A stretch of DNA of 64,000 bases from Flectonema sp. DT1601. Its lineage: Eukaryota. The stretch covers positions 1,054,001 to 1,118,000 of the forward strand of contig OZ025793.1 of NCBI GenBank assembly GCA_964019425.1, read 5' to 3'. Position numbers and translations under genes: made by a program. Positions 33,276-44,860 of this stretch are shown here, in pieces. Below the pieces are notes generated by a model, which did not search any database, had not been told where the DNA came from, and worked only from the letters and a program-made list of their open reading frames with translations. Within the stretch, counting starts at the first letter, position 1; each line of letters begins with the position of its first letter.

Positions 33276-34587
33276 ATGGAAATATTAAATCAAAGGCTTT
33301 CCAAAATAGCAACAACAATAACAGATATAAACGACTATTATGATTTGGTCCCTGTTGACAATGATGATGGTATCCTGGGATCAGGAGGCTTCGGGATTGT
33401 GACCAGACGTCAGAAGAAAGGAGTTCCAGGACAAGAAAGAATCCCTGACACTAACGTAGCTATCAAAGAATTACAAAAAGAAACTTTATCGACACCTAAA
33501 AAGATGAAACACATGATGGTCGAACTGACTGTGATGGAACACTGCTCACATCCAAACATTGTTAAATTATATGAAATATTTCACACTAGTTCCACCATAT
33601 ACGTCGTAATGGAATTGTGTGCAGGTATTGAACTATTGAAGCTACTTTTAGACAGAGTTAATCCATTACCAGTGAGTGACTCAGCTATAATCGTGAAACA
33701 GCTACTCAGTACGCTACAGTATCTCCACAGTCAGCATATTGTACACAGGGATATTAAACCAGAGAATATATTAGTTGATCCTCATGATTTACACATAAAA
33801 GTTATCGATTTCGGATTAGCTAAATATTTCGGTCCTACCAACGCTGATTATCCTCATACTCCTGGAGCAGCGACACCAGTTTATGATGGAAGTAACGTAA
33901 TTAGTTCAACACCTTGTGGTACTTGTAATTATCTCGCATTTGAGGCTGTTGTCGGTATTCTTGATGGAGGTCGGCCGTGGTTCACTACCCGTCAGGAGAT
34001 TACTAAATTAGATACGTATGCAGTTGGTGTAATCTCACATGTTCTTCTCACGTTCAAACTTCCATTCCAGCCTCTCATTACTTGCGATGATCTCTCCCAA
34101 CGTCTTCATGAAACTAAAAAACTGCATGATGCCGGTCTCCGTTTCCCAGCAAGTGCCAGATCCGTTCCGACAGAAGCTCTTCAGGTATGTTGTTGTTTAC
34201 TTCAATATATTCTGAGTAAGTGATTATAAATATTAATTAATTATCAATTAGTTCGTGAAGCTGCTACTTAACCCCGATGCCAGAAAGCGACCAACGGCTA
34301 TGTTTGCTCTCGGTCACAAGTGGTTAGAGAATATCGTCGTACCAGTACGAACGTCTTGTGGTTCGATTACACAACTCCCGAATGCAAATAAAAATTTAGT
34401 ATTCAGCAAACCCGGAGGTAAAGGTTCTCGTATGTCGTTAAGCAACTCCTCAACTCAAGATTCTCAAAGTGCTCCTCCAGACTTTCTGGGAGAGGCAGAT
34501 GAATCAGAAGAAGAACCTATCAAGATATCTGGAAATGGTTTTGAAGAATTGTTACTGCGACTCAGAAAGAGCGAAGATGACGAGTGA
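33276..34587 (+). CDS. Ser/Thr protein kinase (CAMK-like), spliced, 414 aa
   Basis: GSGGFG, VAIK, HRDIKPEN, DFG, CGT; exons 33276..34184 and 34252..34587; exon 2 supplies subdomain XI (LLNPDARKRPTA..ALGHKW). Confidence 0.92.
34185..34251 (+). other. Spliceosomal intron (67 nt, phase 0)
   Basis: CAG|GTATGT...ATTAG; removal completes the kinase domain. Confidence 0.85.
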
Positions 34588-35167
34588 ATTCATTAAAAAG
34601 CAACCCTCACTGTTTTCAAGCTGTAACGACCAGGGCATGGGATGCTCAACCTGTAGTGCGTGGTCCCCGGGTCAATTTGACTTGACAGCATTTCTTTCTC
34701 TGGTAGTTTATTTAAAGCATGCGATTTTGTGTCGACAGAATCCAGTTATAATGATTCATGTCTAGTTTGTTGCGTGTTAACCTTGTTATTTATCCAAGTC
34801 CCCTCAAGTGCTCATGAGCTTTATAAAAAACTGTTACGGTAACGGTAACATAGGCAAGTGGCGCTCAACTATGTTCACTTGTCCTCCCGCTGACAGTCAA
34901 GATTGTCGGAGAAATTGTTGTTCCAGAATCAAATTACCCCTCACCTGTATCTGATGATGTTATATTGTAATTGTGATTATATTTAAATCAACTCGTCCTT
35001 GTTTATTTAGTTCAATTATTTCATTACTGAAGCTTGAGAATCGTACATACTGAATGTGTGAAATCAATTGTATTTTCTCTGTTAAAAGCAATCAATAAAT
35101 ATGATATAAAGTGAGAATCTACTTCCTTTTATTATAACATCTTTCACAGCACTCTAACTAATATAAA

Positions 35168-36666
35168 ATGACTCAGTCGATGGATTTAGGACTTAGTATC
35201 GAGCAGAGATTAGCTCGTCCAGACAGACACGGACAACCTCTGGCAAAGAAGATTTCTGATATAAACGACTTGTACGAAATCGTGACTGATCCGAGTGACT
35301 CTCAAGGACCTGGTGTCTTAGGATCTGGTAGTTACGGAGTAGTAAAGAGGTACAAGAAACGTGGCCTTCCAGGTCAAGAAAACATCCCTGACACGGCAGT
35401 CGCTATTAAAGAAATTGAAAAGAGGAGAGTAATGACATCTCAGAAAACTATGAAACACATTATCGTAGAACTAGTTGTGTTGAAGAAACTCTCTCACCCG
35501 AATGTTATTAGGCTATTCGAAGTCCTTCATGACGAGAATAAGATCTACGTCGTCATGGAAACCTGTCCAGGAGGAGAGTTGTACTCTTACATTGCAACTA
35601 AAAGAACACTTCCTCCAAGAGAGGCGGCGATCATTTTGAGACAGGTGTTGGAGGGGTTGAAATATATTCACGCACAACACATAGTTCATAGAGATATCAA
35701 ACCTGAGAACATCTTAATTGACAAGTCTGATCTGCACATTAAAATTATCGATTTCGGTCTCGCCAAATACTGCGGACCAACTTCATCAGAATTTCCTCAA
35801 AGCCCGAGTCCTGGTATGGCTATGATGCAGGAGACGTCATTACCTAGTCCTGCTATCGCGTCAACACCGTGTGGAACTGAACTCTACTTAGCACTTGAGG
35901 CTATTGTCGGTATCCTTGATGGTAAGATCGGTACTAACAAACCTTGGCTCAGTACACGATCCCGTCTCTCAAAAGTAGACGTGTATGGAGCTGGTGTTAT
36001 CACATACGCAATGCTTACTGGAAAGCTTCCTTTCCGCTCTGCTTACCGTCAGGTTAGAAGAACTGTAGAAGAACGTCAGCGTCGCCTTCAAGATTTAAAG
36101 AACAAAATCAGCAGCGGTCTCAACTTTCCAGAATCTGCAAAAGATCTTCCGGTAGAAGCGCTTGAGGTATGTTTTATTTTATTACTTTATCAGATCATCT
36201 AATTATAAATTACTCAAATTCCAAACAGTGTGTTAGAGAACTGATGCACAATGATATCGAATTCCGTCCATCAGCTGACAGAGCATGTCAATTAGAATGG
36301 ATCAGAGATGTTGAAATACCAATGAGACAAGTTAGAGGAACAACTATCATACCAGCAGCACTTAAGAGTGTTGCTCCTCAAAACAATGAAGGAAAGGAGT
36401 TTAAACTTCCTGGAAGAAGATCTGGAAACAGACCTGGAAATGCTCCAATCCCAGCTGGACCATCTCCTGTCGTTAAAGCAGGTGAGAAGGAAGTGGCTCC
36501 GATTGAATTTATTGCAGAAGACGACGATGAGGGTGAGGCTTGCCCTGGCACAGCTGACCCAAAGAATTTCAAAGACGGTTGGGCGCAACTCATGCGTAAC
36601 GTCCGTGAGGAAGAAGATGACGACATCGAAGAAAAAATGGAAGGAGAGGGAAAGAAGGATAATTAA
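35168..36666 (+). CDS. Ser/Thr protein kinase (CAMK-like), tandem paralog, spliced, 478 aa
   Basis: GSGSYG, VAIK, HRDIKPEN, DFG, CGT; exons 35168..36166 and 36229..36666; shares PGQExIPDTxVAIKE with the upstream kinase. Confidence 0.92.
36167..36228 (+). other. Spliceosomal intron (62 nt, phase 0)
   Basis: GAG|GTATGT...AAACAG, at the same protein position as in the paralog. Confidence 0.88.
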
Positions 36667-37735
36667 TTCACGAACACTACACCTTCTCTAGTACACTCAA
36701 CTCCGCTATCGTTGTGGTCGTTGATAAACTGGGATATTTCTGCCCTCAGGTCTCTGCTGCCTTCATCCCCAGGTCCTTTTTCTAACTGGTAGCGATCACG
36801 GGGATTGAAGTTAAAAAAAAAAAATAAAAAAAATTTCAAAGGGGTCTCGCATAACAATAAAAAATAAAAATAGTGTCTACCCAGTTTCCCCTGACCTTAG
36901 TCTTGTACTTTTTTGCGTTTTTCGTGTTTTCAGTCTCTTCCCTTTTTTTTTTTCCTTTTTTCTGTTATCACGTAGTGGTACTTTTTTTTGGTTGTTTTTG
37001 GCAGCTGAAAAGTGCCAGCCTGCTGAAGTATGGTCTTTTTCAGGGTGTGTTGCAAAAAAATAAAAAGAAAGCAAAAAACAAACAAACCACTTCTAAATAA
37101 AAGAAGTGCCCAGCAGCTTAGACTGAATTCTTGCAGCATTTGCGCTCCCCCCACCTGGAAGATTCTCGCCCGTTGTTGTTTTAGGTATCAGTTATATTTA
37201 GTTTAGCCCGTTTTATTGTCTTTTTTTTTTCTTTCTTTCTTTCCTTGTAGTTTCTCGAGGCGTAACTGTGATATATCTCCGACATGGGAGATCAACAGTT
37301 TTTATCTCCTGTGCTTCTAATGCAATAGTAATAGGGAAGAGGGTCACAAATACGATTTCGGACCCAGAAGAGAAATATGAGAAATAATTTACATCCGGAA
37401 CCTAACTATTTGTGAAAAAATGATGTACTGGTGTCCACTAACCAATTCGTTGACGCGTTCAGTGGCCCAGCTTTAAAGTTGTGTGGCTGCTGAAATAGCA
37501 CATTCCCATGTCCCTTTCCCCCCCAATTTTTTTCTTTTCAACACTGCAATTTGTCATCGCGAGCAGCGGGGACACTGATTCCTCGACAACCGAGTATTGA
37601 CTACGATGATGCGATCTAACATATTAACATTCCTCTACAGGTCAACTACTAACAGTAATGATAATCTACTCTACATACTTATTCTTGTAAGATAAAATGA
37701 ATGCTATTTTTAGGCGCTGGTAGAAACACAAAAAC

Positions 37736-39123
37736 ATGGTACGCAAACTATCAGACCTCGAGTGTATAGAAAGTGAAGGACGTCGGATAGTCGAACTTAT
37801 AGCATCGCAGTGTTTGGAAACGTTAAACAAATGTTGGGCTTCAGTAAAAGATGTAACTTGTAACATAGAAGGAAGGAATCGAGAACAATTAACATCAACA
37901 GAACTAACTGAGGAAGTTAATGAACAAAGTGATCGAATAACAATCTGCCTTGATATCGATGGAACAATGTTATGTACTAATTTCGATGAGGATGAAGACG
38001 TAACTCAAGTGAACACCAGAGCTGGTCTAAGAGAGATGCTTGAAAGACTTCTAGACATTGAACCACAAGTCGAGATTGGCATATTCACAGCAGCTTCCCC
38101 TCTCTACGCCAAAGGTGCTCGTCGTCTTATAAACGATTTGGTCTGCGGGTTTACGGAAGACGTCTTCGACTTCTGTGTCTCTCACGACCCAGGAAGTGGA
38201 ATATTCACCGACACAAAGAAAGACTTATCAATAATAAAAAAAGACTTCTCAAAAGTTCTACTTGTTGATAACGATCCATCTGTTGTTGTTCATCCTCAGA
38301 GTACTGTTATTATACCAGAGTTTGATTACGATCCTAGAGGTAGAGATCCTGTTTTGTTAGATCTCGCTGAAATGATAAATGACTTGTCTCTTAGTGGTCT
38401 TACTGTGCCTGAGTTTTTGAAAGAGAAGGCTGATTCCAACTTCATATACGCTCGGGAGGGGTTGTACTACCTTCATAGGTATTGTGCGGAATGTAGCAAA
38501 CCAGAAGCTGAAGTACAGCTTGTGATCGATTCGTCGTACGACACGTGGGATTTGTACTGCTCTATCTGTTTTTCGGGTTTGAAAAAATCAAACACGCGGT
38601 CGTGTAATGGAACTCATTCAACCAAACCACAGACAACTGAACCTGTTCTCGATGAGAAACCTTCAGCTGCTCCTGTTGCTGTCAAAGAAATTCCAAAAGC
38701 ATCTGCGGTTCCAAAAAAAACACAACTTCCTTCTGAGACTGAGGAAACCACTGCCCCTAAAACAGCCAGCAAACCATCAAAGCCTCAAGCAAAAAAAACT
38801 GTATCGGCAGCACCTGTTGCGCCTAAAAAGAAAGCAGCTCCAAAGCCGTCTGTTGTAAGAGTGGTATGTTATTTTTAAACAAGTTTTAGTATAAATAAAA
38901 GCATCAATACAATATCAACAAACAGGTTACGTCAACTGGCATCCCAGACAATCTCCGATCAGCATTTCTTGATGACTCCGACCCAGCAGGTTGGGAGATC
39001 GGAACCGTCTCTGAAGCGGATGGTAAATCGTTTGCAACCCGAAAAGAGCTGTCGGTGATATCATCGGGCGGAAACCAAGAATGGCCTGCTCTTGGAGGGA
39101 GTAAGAAATCAGTAAAAAAGTAA
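37736..39123 (+). CDS. FCP1/NIF-family HAD phosphatase with zinc ribbon, spliced, about 441 aa
   Basis: ICLDIDGTM (DxDxT), RAGLREML, IFTAA..YA, KKDLS, LLVDN; CAEC...CSIC; exons 37736..38863 and 38926..39123. Confidence 0.85.
38864..38925 (+). other. Spliceosomal intron (62 nt, phase 0)
   Basis: GTG|GTATGT...AAACAG followed by an in-frame 65-codon exon. Confidence 0.75.
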
Positions 39124-40130
39124 TTTTCAATCTGTTTATTATAAAAATCTTGTTCTTATCTTTCCACACTAACTAATTTAAAACATTTTTAGTTTTTCTT
39201 TTACTCCGTTCGGTATCGCTGTGCTTATTGCAATAGTGTATTTTCAAAAAAAAAAAAAAAAAATGATACAACCTTTTTTTATGTTACGATTACTTACCAA
39301 GTCTTCACACAACACTTCCTTTGTGGAAGTCTGATTGTCTTTATTAAAAGAGGGCTTCTTTTGAAATTCTTGTTCTTGGAAAAAAATTATTTTTTTTAAT
39401 TTACGATTTTCAGGAATACACACCTTTTACACAACATGACTCAACCAACGTTGGGAGCTGGCGCACCAGACACTAGGTGTGTATTTCTGTTGTTCTTCGT
39501 TTGCGGTTTTTGTTGTATCGCTCCTTAATCAAATTAAATTAGTAAAATTTAAAAAAACAGTCAACTGACTTCACAGCAGATTCAGTCATCGCAGGCGCCT
39601 CAGTCGTTGCAATCAAAGAACGTTGCGGCTTGCGTTGCGTTTTGTCATAGCGCGTATGTTTTTGAGTTTTGTTTTATTTCAATTCGTCATAATTTTTTGG
39701 GCAAATCTCTTTGTTAGACAAAAAAAAAACAAAACAGCCCAATTTGCAGCGCGGCGTGTAAAAAATTCGCCTAAGGTACGGCGTACACAGGCTTATATAT
39801 ATGACACAGCTGGAAAAAAGAATAATAAGGAAAGAAAGAAAAAAACAAAAAAACACACAACTAACTACTTTCTAAAAAGTAATTAAAATAACTACACCCG
39901 GACCTTTGCTTTCGGCAATAAAAAAATCGAATTGTTATTATAATTTTTTTATTATTATTTTTTTAAAAAAAAATATTGTTGTTGAAGACTTAAACACAAC
40001 CATTACTACTACATATTTACACAGCGAAAAAATAACAATATTTTTTTTTCCAATGTGTGATAAAAAAAAGTACGAGCTCTACGCGGCTACTATTTATATT
40101 TGTTTCATAGGGCTCCCCTTCCCCAACAAA

Positions 40131-41300
40131 ATGCCCTCCCTCAAGAGCTCAACACAAGACAAAGGATGGCTTAATGTGATTCCTAAGCCATGTAGGATAT
40201 CGGTTCACATGAATATGGATAACAGTATGGGAACAGGTATCATAATGGTTGCAGGAAGGACTTCAGTTAAAGAAATATTTAGTGAAAGCTGCAAGATGGA
40301 TGGTGTAATTGACATCAATCCAAAGAATGGTTACGTTGTTGAACATGATGGAATCGTGATGACCTTTATCGGAGAGCTCGAACTCGCTCCTAAAAAAGGA
40401 AAACATTCAATCAACGAATTCATATCAGAAACTGTAACCGTCTCACAGGCTGGTGTACTTAAAGAAGGTCAGCGATTTACCTACAACTTCCCAAGTGTAT
40501 TCTCACCTTATGACAGTTATTCTGGTCAAAGATTAGCTGTAAAATACTACTTGAGAGTTACTATAAAAAGGAAATTAGTTCCTAACGTCGTTCACTCACA
40601 AGAGGTGTGGGTACGTTGTAGTCAATCACAACTTTCACCATCACTGTGCCCTAGCTTGTTAGCAAAAAGTAACGGCAATTCATTATGGAAGGCACCTTAT
40701 AGAATATATGGTAACGCAAATCGACGGAGTATAGTTCACAGCACCGAAACCACTGATGACCAAATCACCTCCAACTCCAGCGAAGAAGCACTGCTATCCG
40801 GTGGTACCGAATCCGACGTCAGCCAAAAGAATAACTTCACCCGGTATCGAACTGAAATTTCTGAATGTCCGATTCAATTGTCAATTTGTCTACAGGATCG
40901 GGTTAATGTTTCATTGTCTTTTGAGCGTAACGTATACCACACGAAGGATGTCGTGAGGGGAGCGATTGCATTTTCGAGACTTGATAATTTTAATCTTACG
41001 GTTGCCCAACTTCAACTTCTCAGAAAAGAAATCTCTGAAGGTAATACCTTAACCACAGAGACGTTATTTACATCAGAGCTGCTCGATGGAGCTCCGCGAT
41101 GTGATGATCCTATTCCACTGTCGTTTCCTTTGAGAGGAATTAAAACACTGACGCCTTCATTGTTTTCAGTCATTGAAAAAGCATCCGTTAGACACTATTT
41201 ACAACTAATTCTCTTCGATGGAGATGAACCTCACATCGCAGAGGCTGAAATTTATATTTGGAGGGCACCTGATAGAGAAGAGTCAATCGCTGGTCCGTGA
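40131..41300 (+). CDS. VPS26: Retromer subunit VPS26-like protein
   Basis: VEHDGI..FIG, PYDSYSG..VKYYLRVTI, YHTKDVVRG, ELLDGAP, IPL, LTPS, SVRHYL, EIYIWR; probable ATG at 40131, after an AG ending at 40110. Confidence 0.85.
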   Translation: MPSLKSSTQDKGWLNVIPKPCRISVHMNMDNSMGTGIIMVAGRTSVKEIFSESCKMDGVIDINPKNGYVVEHDGIVMTFIGELELAPKKGKHSINEFISETVTVSQAGVLKEGQRFTYNFPSVFSPYDSYSGQRLAVKYYLRVTIKRKLVPNVVHSQEVWVRCSQSQLSPSLCPSLLAKSNGNSLWKAPYRIYGNANRRSIVHSTETTDDQITSNSSEEALLSGGTESDVSQKNNFTRYRTEISECPIQLSICLQDRVNVSLSFERNVYHTKDVVRGAIAFSRLDNFNLTVAQLQLLRKEISEGNTLTTETLFTSELLDGAPRCDDPIPLSFPLRGIKTLTPSLFSVIEKASVRHYLQLILFDGDEPHIAEAEIYIWRAPDREESIAGP

Positions 41301-41978
41301 TGTATTACTGTCTGTTTATTCTAATGTTCAAAGTAAATGTTGATTTCACTTTCGTGTGACTGTGATCGTACAGATTTAATTCTTTTTTCCCCCCTTCCCC
41401 TATTTTGTGTGCATGTTCACTGTTTTTTTCTTTTTTTTTAATAGCCCCCCAGCGATTTCCTTGAGTGTTCCTTTATGCCTAAGCGACACACAAGCCAGCG
41501 TATAATAGCTTTACACGGTTGGAATGCCACTCATATTTTTTTTCTTAGCTGTAGACTTTAAGGTCAATAATTCTATTGACCTTTATTCTTCAAGCTTTGA
41601 ATAACTCATTCGTTCAATAGTGATGAGACAACTTTAGTACCGTTTCGTGTAAGGTTCTCTTAAACCGTGTTGGGAGTTCCTACAAAAAAAGCGCTCTTCG
41701 ATTTTTATATCCCCGCGTGAGTTGCATGTTAAGCAATGAGAAAGAAAAAAAAATTAAAAAAAAAATGAAAAACAAGAAGAAGAAGAAGAAAAATAATGCG
41801 GTCAGGTTCAGTCAGTAAAAACGTTTTTATTATTGTGAAGGGGGAAAGTTATGATTTTTTTTTGATTTCGTTACTTTGATTTTTTTTTAGTTACACAACT
41901 ATGGGTAATCTCACAGAAGACGTTTCTAAAATAGTACGGACTTTGTAACAAATTCTCATTCTTATAGCGGGGCACACA

Positions 41979-42965
41979 ATGAAATCACCCGTACCTACAA
42001 CTGAGGATGGCACTGCACGATCAAGACTGCTTTTTATAACTGCGGCAATGTTTGTGTCTTGGGGACTGCATGACTTTTTGCAAGAGTCAGTTTTTCGTCA
42101 ACCGGGGTTTACATTCGGATTATTTATGGCTTTTTGTCTGCAGACTACAGCGGTGTTGGGAGCAACAGCGACATCTTTATATAATAAAAGACCAAAGCGG
42201 AGAGAACCATCGCCATCGATCTCACCTGTTGACGTTGTAGAGGAAGAACCACCAAGTTGGCAAAAGAAAATTATTTTTTATTCTCTATTAGCCTGTTGTA
42301 TCGCATTAGCGAACGGACTCAGCAGCACGGCATTAAACTACGTTAATATGCCAGCGAAGGTGTTATTTAAATCGAGTAAGCTAATCCCTGTAATGATAAT
42401 AGGAATACTAATGGGAATCGAATCGTATCGACTTATCGACTATCTATGTGGTGCTTTAATTTGCGCTGGTTTAATAGTATTTTCCCTAGCTGAGGTTAAG
42501 GTCGCAGCTCAGTTTTCAACTGTCGGTATTATGGTCTTACTCGGTGCAATCGTCGCTGATGCGACTGCTCCGAACCTTCAAAAAGTTTTGTTGGTTAATC
42601 TTAAGCAAACAAAAGAAGAAGTTGTTTATTACACCAACTGGCTGTCTTCGATATTCACACTAGCAACGTTAATCACGAGTGGTACCTTTCTACCTGCATT
42701 AGTGTACTTAAGTGGGAATTTGACGGCTTTGGGATTATTAATAGTACAAAGTATTATGGGTTATCTAGGAATCCTTTCTTTTATTATGGCTATAGAGGAA
42801 TTCGGTCCTCGTACGACGGTTATCATCGCATCAACGAGGAAGATGTTAACGATTACTGTTTCTTATCTTTGGTTTCAAAAACCGTTCAATTCATTTCATT
42901 TTTTGGGTATTGCTCTGGTTTTGGGTACCGTTACCTTCCAATCACTATCGAAGACCAGGAAATAG
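41979..42965 (+). CDS. SLC35B/UAA-family nucleotide-sugar or PAPS transporter
   Basis: Multiple hydrophobic segments; LQE, ALNYVNMPAKVLFKSSKLIPVM, STRKMLTI. Confidence 0.88.
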   Translation: MKSPVPTTEDGTARSRLLFITAAMFVSWGLHDFLQESVFRQPGFTFGLFMAFCLQTTAVLGATATSLYNKRPKRREPSPSISPVDVVEEEPPSWQKKIIFYSLLACCIALANGLSSTALNYVNMPAKVLFKSSKLIPVMIIGILMGIESYRLIDYLCGALICAGLIVFSLAEVKVAAQFSTVGIMVLLGAIVADATAPNLQKVLLVNLKQTKEEVVYYTNWLSSIFTLATLITSGTFLPALVYLSGNLTALGLLIVQSIMGYLGILSFIMAIEEFGPRTTVIIASTRKMLTITVSYLWFQKPFNSFHFLGIALVLGTVTFQSLSKTRK

Positions 42966-43288
42966 ACGTCGATTATGTTCTCAATCGTGTCACAGACCCT
43001 CGTCGTGTATTTCTGCATGGCAGCAATATTAAAAAAAAAAAATAATAATTAGACCCCACATTGTGATAAGGATAACCAAAGTACCTATTTTTACCCCATT
43101 TCAGTGTTTTTTTGGTTTTCACTTGCGATGGGGCAGTTTATGTCCTGAAAAAACTCTAGCAGCTGCAACCAGATGCAGAGAGCGTGACGGGAGGTTTAGA
43201 AAACATTTTTTGATGATTAGTCGCCCTGTCAAAGAAGTTTATTTTTCCTTAAACAGTTTTTTTTTGTATTTACACACACAACACACAC

Positions 43289-44572
43289 ATGCTGAAGTTA
43301 ATGAAATGTGGGCTGGATACCTGCAAACGTGTCGTCAAACGAAGGAAGTTAGAAGGTGAAGACAAGTGGTACTGCTACCAACACCTCGAGTTTATGGAAG
43401 AACCAGAAGAAGAATTGAAAGAAGCAATCATTGAAGACAACACATGCAAAGTTTGTAAGACAGATGGAGACTCAAACAAATTAGTTTTATGTGAGCAACT
43501 CGGTTGTGGTATTAAGCAACACACTTATTGCTGTGAGCCTGAGTTGCACTTCATGCCTCCTGGTCCTTGGTATTGCAGTGATCACGTACCTGCCTGCGGA
43601 TTAAAATTCGTCCCGGAACCAGGAGATAAAATCCAAGTTCTATTCCGAGCTGAAATGAAATGGTGGCCTGCAGTTGTAATTCCACGTGATGCTGGTTATC
43701 TTCCGAAAAGTATTTCACGACGTGGAGGAGGAGCAATGGAGGGTCCAATTAATAAAAAGAAACAGCGTACAAAGTCAGCAAACTTCTCAAAAAGTCGATC
43801 ACCTCGTATGATCATTGCTGCCTATTTTGGAGAACCGCTTGGAAAAAAGACCGAATTTACATACCTCCGACTTGATTGGGATCAAGTCAGATATTTTGAT
43901 CCGAATGCTGCATGCTTTCAGAATAAGAAAACTCTTGCGGTGGTGTTGGCAGTTGAAATGGCTCGGAGGTTTGACCTAGACTTAAATCAGAACGATAAGC
44001 TGACGTTTATTCCGTCTCCTGCATCAAGCGTCTTACCTCCTCCGTTAGAATCACAACCGAGATTCTTGTTGTGGTTGATAGAACAGGAGAAAGACTTGAA
44101 CAGCTTTTGCATCGAACACAACATCAAATATACAACAACAAGGAGATGGTTCTCTGGACAAGAACTCACAGCCACAACAGAAGCAACAGAAGTTCTAAAC
44201 GTCATTACGTCAGTCTTAGAAAAATTACCAAAACCTGACACAACGAATTTCTGTACGACTGTAGTTGCGCTATCCGAAGACAATGACACACCCGATATTA
44301 ATGAAAAGGCTCTTCCTCCGATACCTCCTCTTGTAGCGGCATGGCCTCTGATTGAACCTCACTTATGTATACCAAGGGAAGCATATTTTACAACGTATGG
44401 GCTATCTCAGTCGCAATTAACCTCCTGGAAATACCGTAAGTGTTCTACACCTGAAGATAATTATATATTTTCAGTCATTAGGTCTATTCTACATTGGAGA
44501 CTACCCAGTGGTGCTGTCGAGTCGTTAGAAAACGGTTCGAAAACTTTTGAAGAACTAGTCTCTGTTGCTTGA
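43289..44572 (+). CDS. PHD finger plus PWWP/Tudor-like chromatin protein
   Basis: PHD: CKVC..LVLCEQLGC..QHTYC..PPGPWYCSDH. Then GDKIQV..KWWPAVV. Start may be 43301. Confidence 0.8.
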   Translation: MLKLMKCGLDTCKRVVKRRKLEGEDKWYCYQHLEFMEEPEEELKEAIIEDNTCKVCKTDGDSNKLVLCEQLGCGIKQHTYCCEPELHFMPPGPWYCSDHVPACGLKFVPEPGDKIQVLFRAEMKWWPAVVIPRDAGYLPKSISRRGGGAMEGPINKKKQRTKSANFSKSRSPRMIIAAYFGEPLGKKTEFTYLRLDWDQVRYFDPNAACFQNKKTLAVVLAVEMARRFDLDLNQNDKLTFIPSPASSVLPPPLESQPRFLLWLIEQEKDLNSFCIEHNIKYTTTRRWFSGQELTATTEATEVLNVITSVLEKLPKPDTTNFCTTVVALSEDNDTPDINEKALPPIPPLVAAWPLIEPHLCIPREAYFTTYGLSQSQLTSWKYRKCSTPEDNYIFSVIRSILHWRLPSGAVESLENGSKTFEELVSVA

Positions 44573-44860
44573 ATAGGACTTGTCTCTGACGCGTTATTTA
44601 TTTTAGACTTTCTTATATGCGTTTGAATACAACGTTTTTTTTATATTTTATTTATTTGTCTTTCCTCTCTATACTCTCACCATTCGTATTGGAAGGTTAC
44701 ATATGCACAGACTGATATATTCAGCCGCTTTCCTTAAAACGACATATTTGAGTTGCGGAGTTGTTACTCCAGATGATTTGTTTTAATTGGTTAAAATTGG
44801 TTTATTATTTGATTTCCTTTCCAAAGTATTCAAGCCCAAGCATAAAAAAAATAAAAACAA

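Noticed and set aside
34951..35030. TGATGA...CTGA spacing like a box C/D snoRNA
   Set aside because: No terminal stem and no recognisable rRNA guide; expected by chance in AT-rich DNA
743..38878. Stop-codon readthrough or frameshifting to explain split ORFs
   Set aside because: Each break is explained by a canonical GT-AG intron that restores the frame
39906..40130. ORF-track N-terminal extensions (also 19583-19645 and 45579-45620)
   Set aside because: TTG starts in low-complexity upstream sequence; downstream ATGs fit the homology or signal peptide better
26726..41300. PIP kinase, FYVE protein and VPS26 as an endosomal functional cluster
   Set aside because: Interspersed with unrelated genes; co-location is plausibly chance
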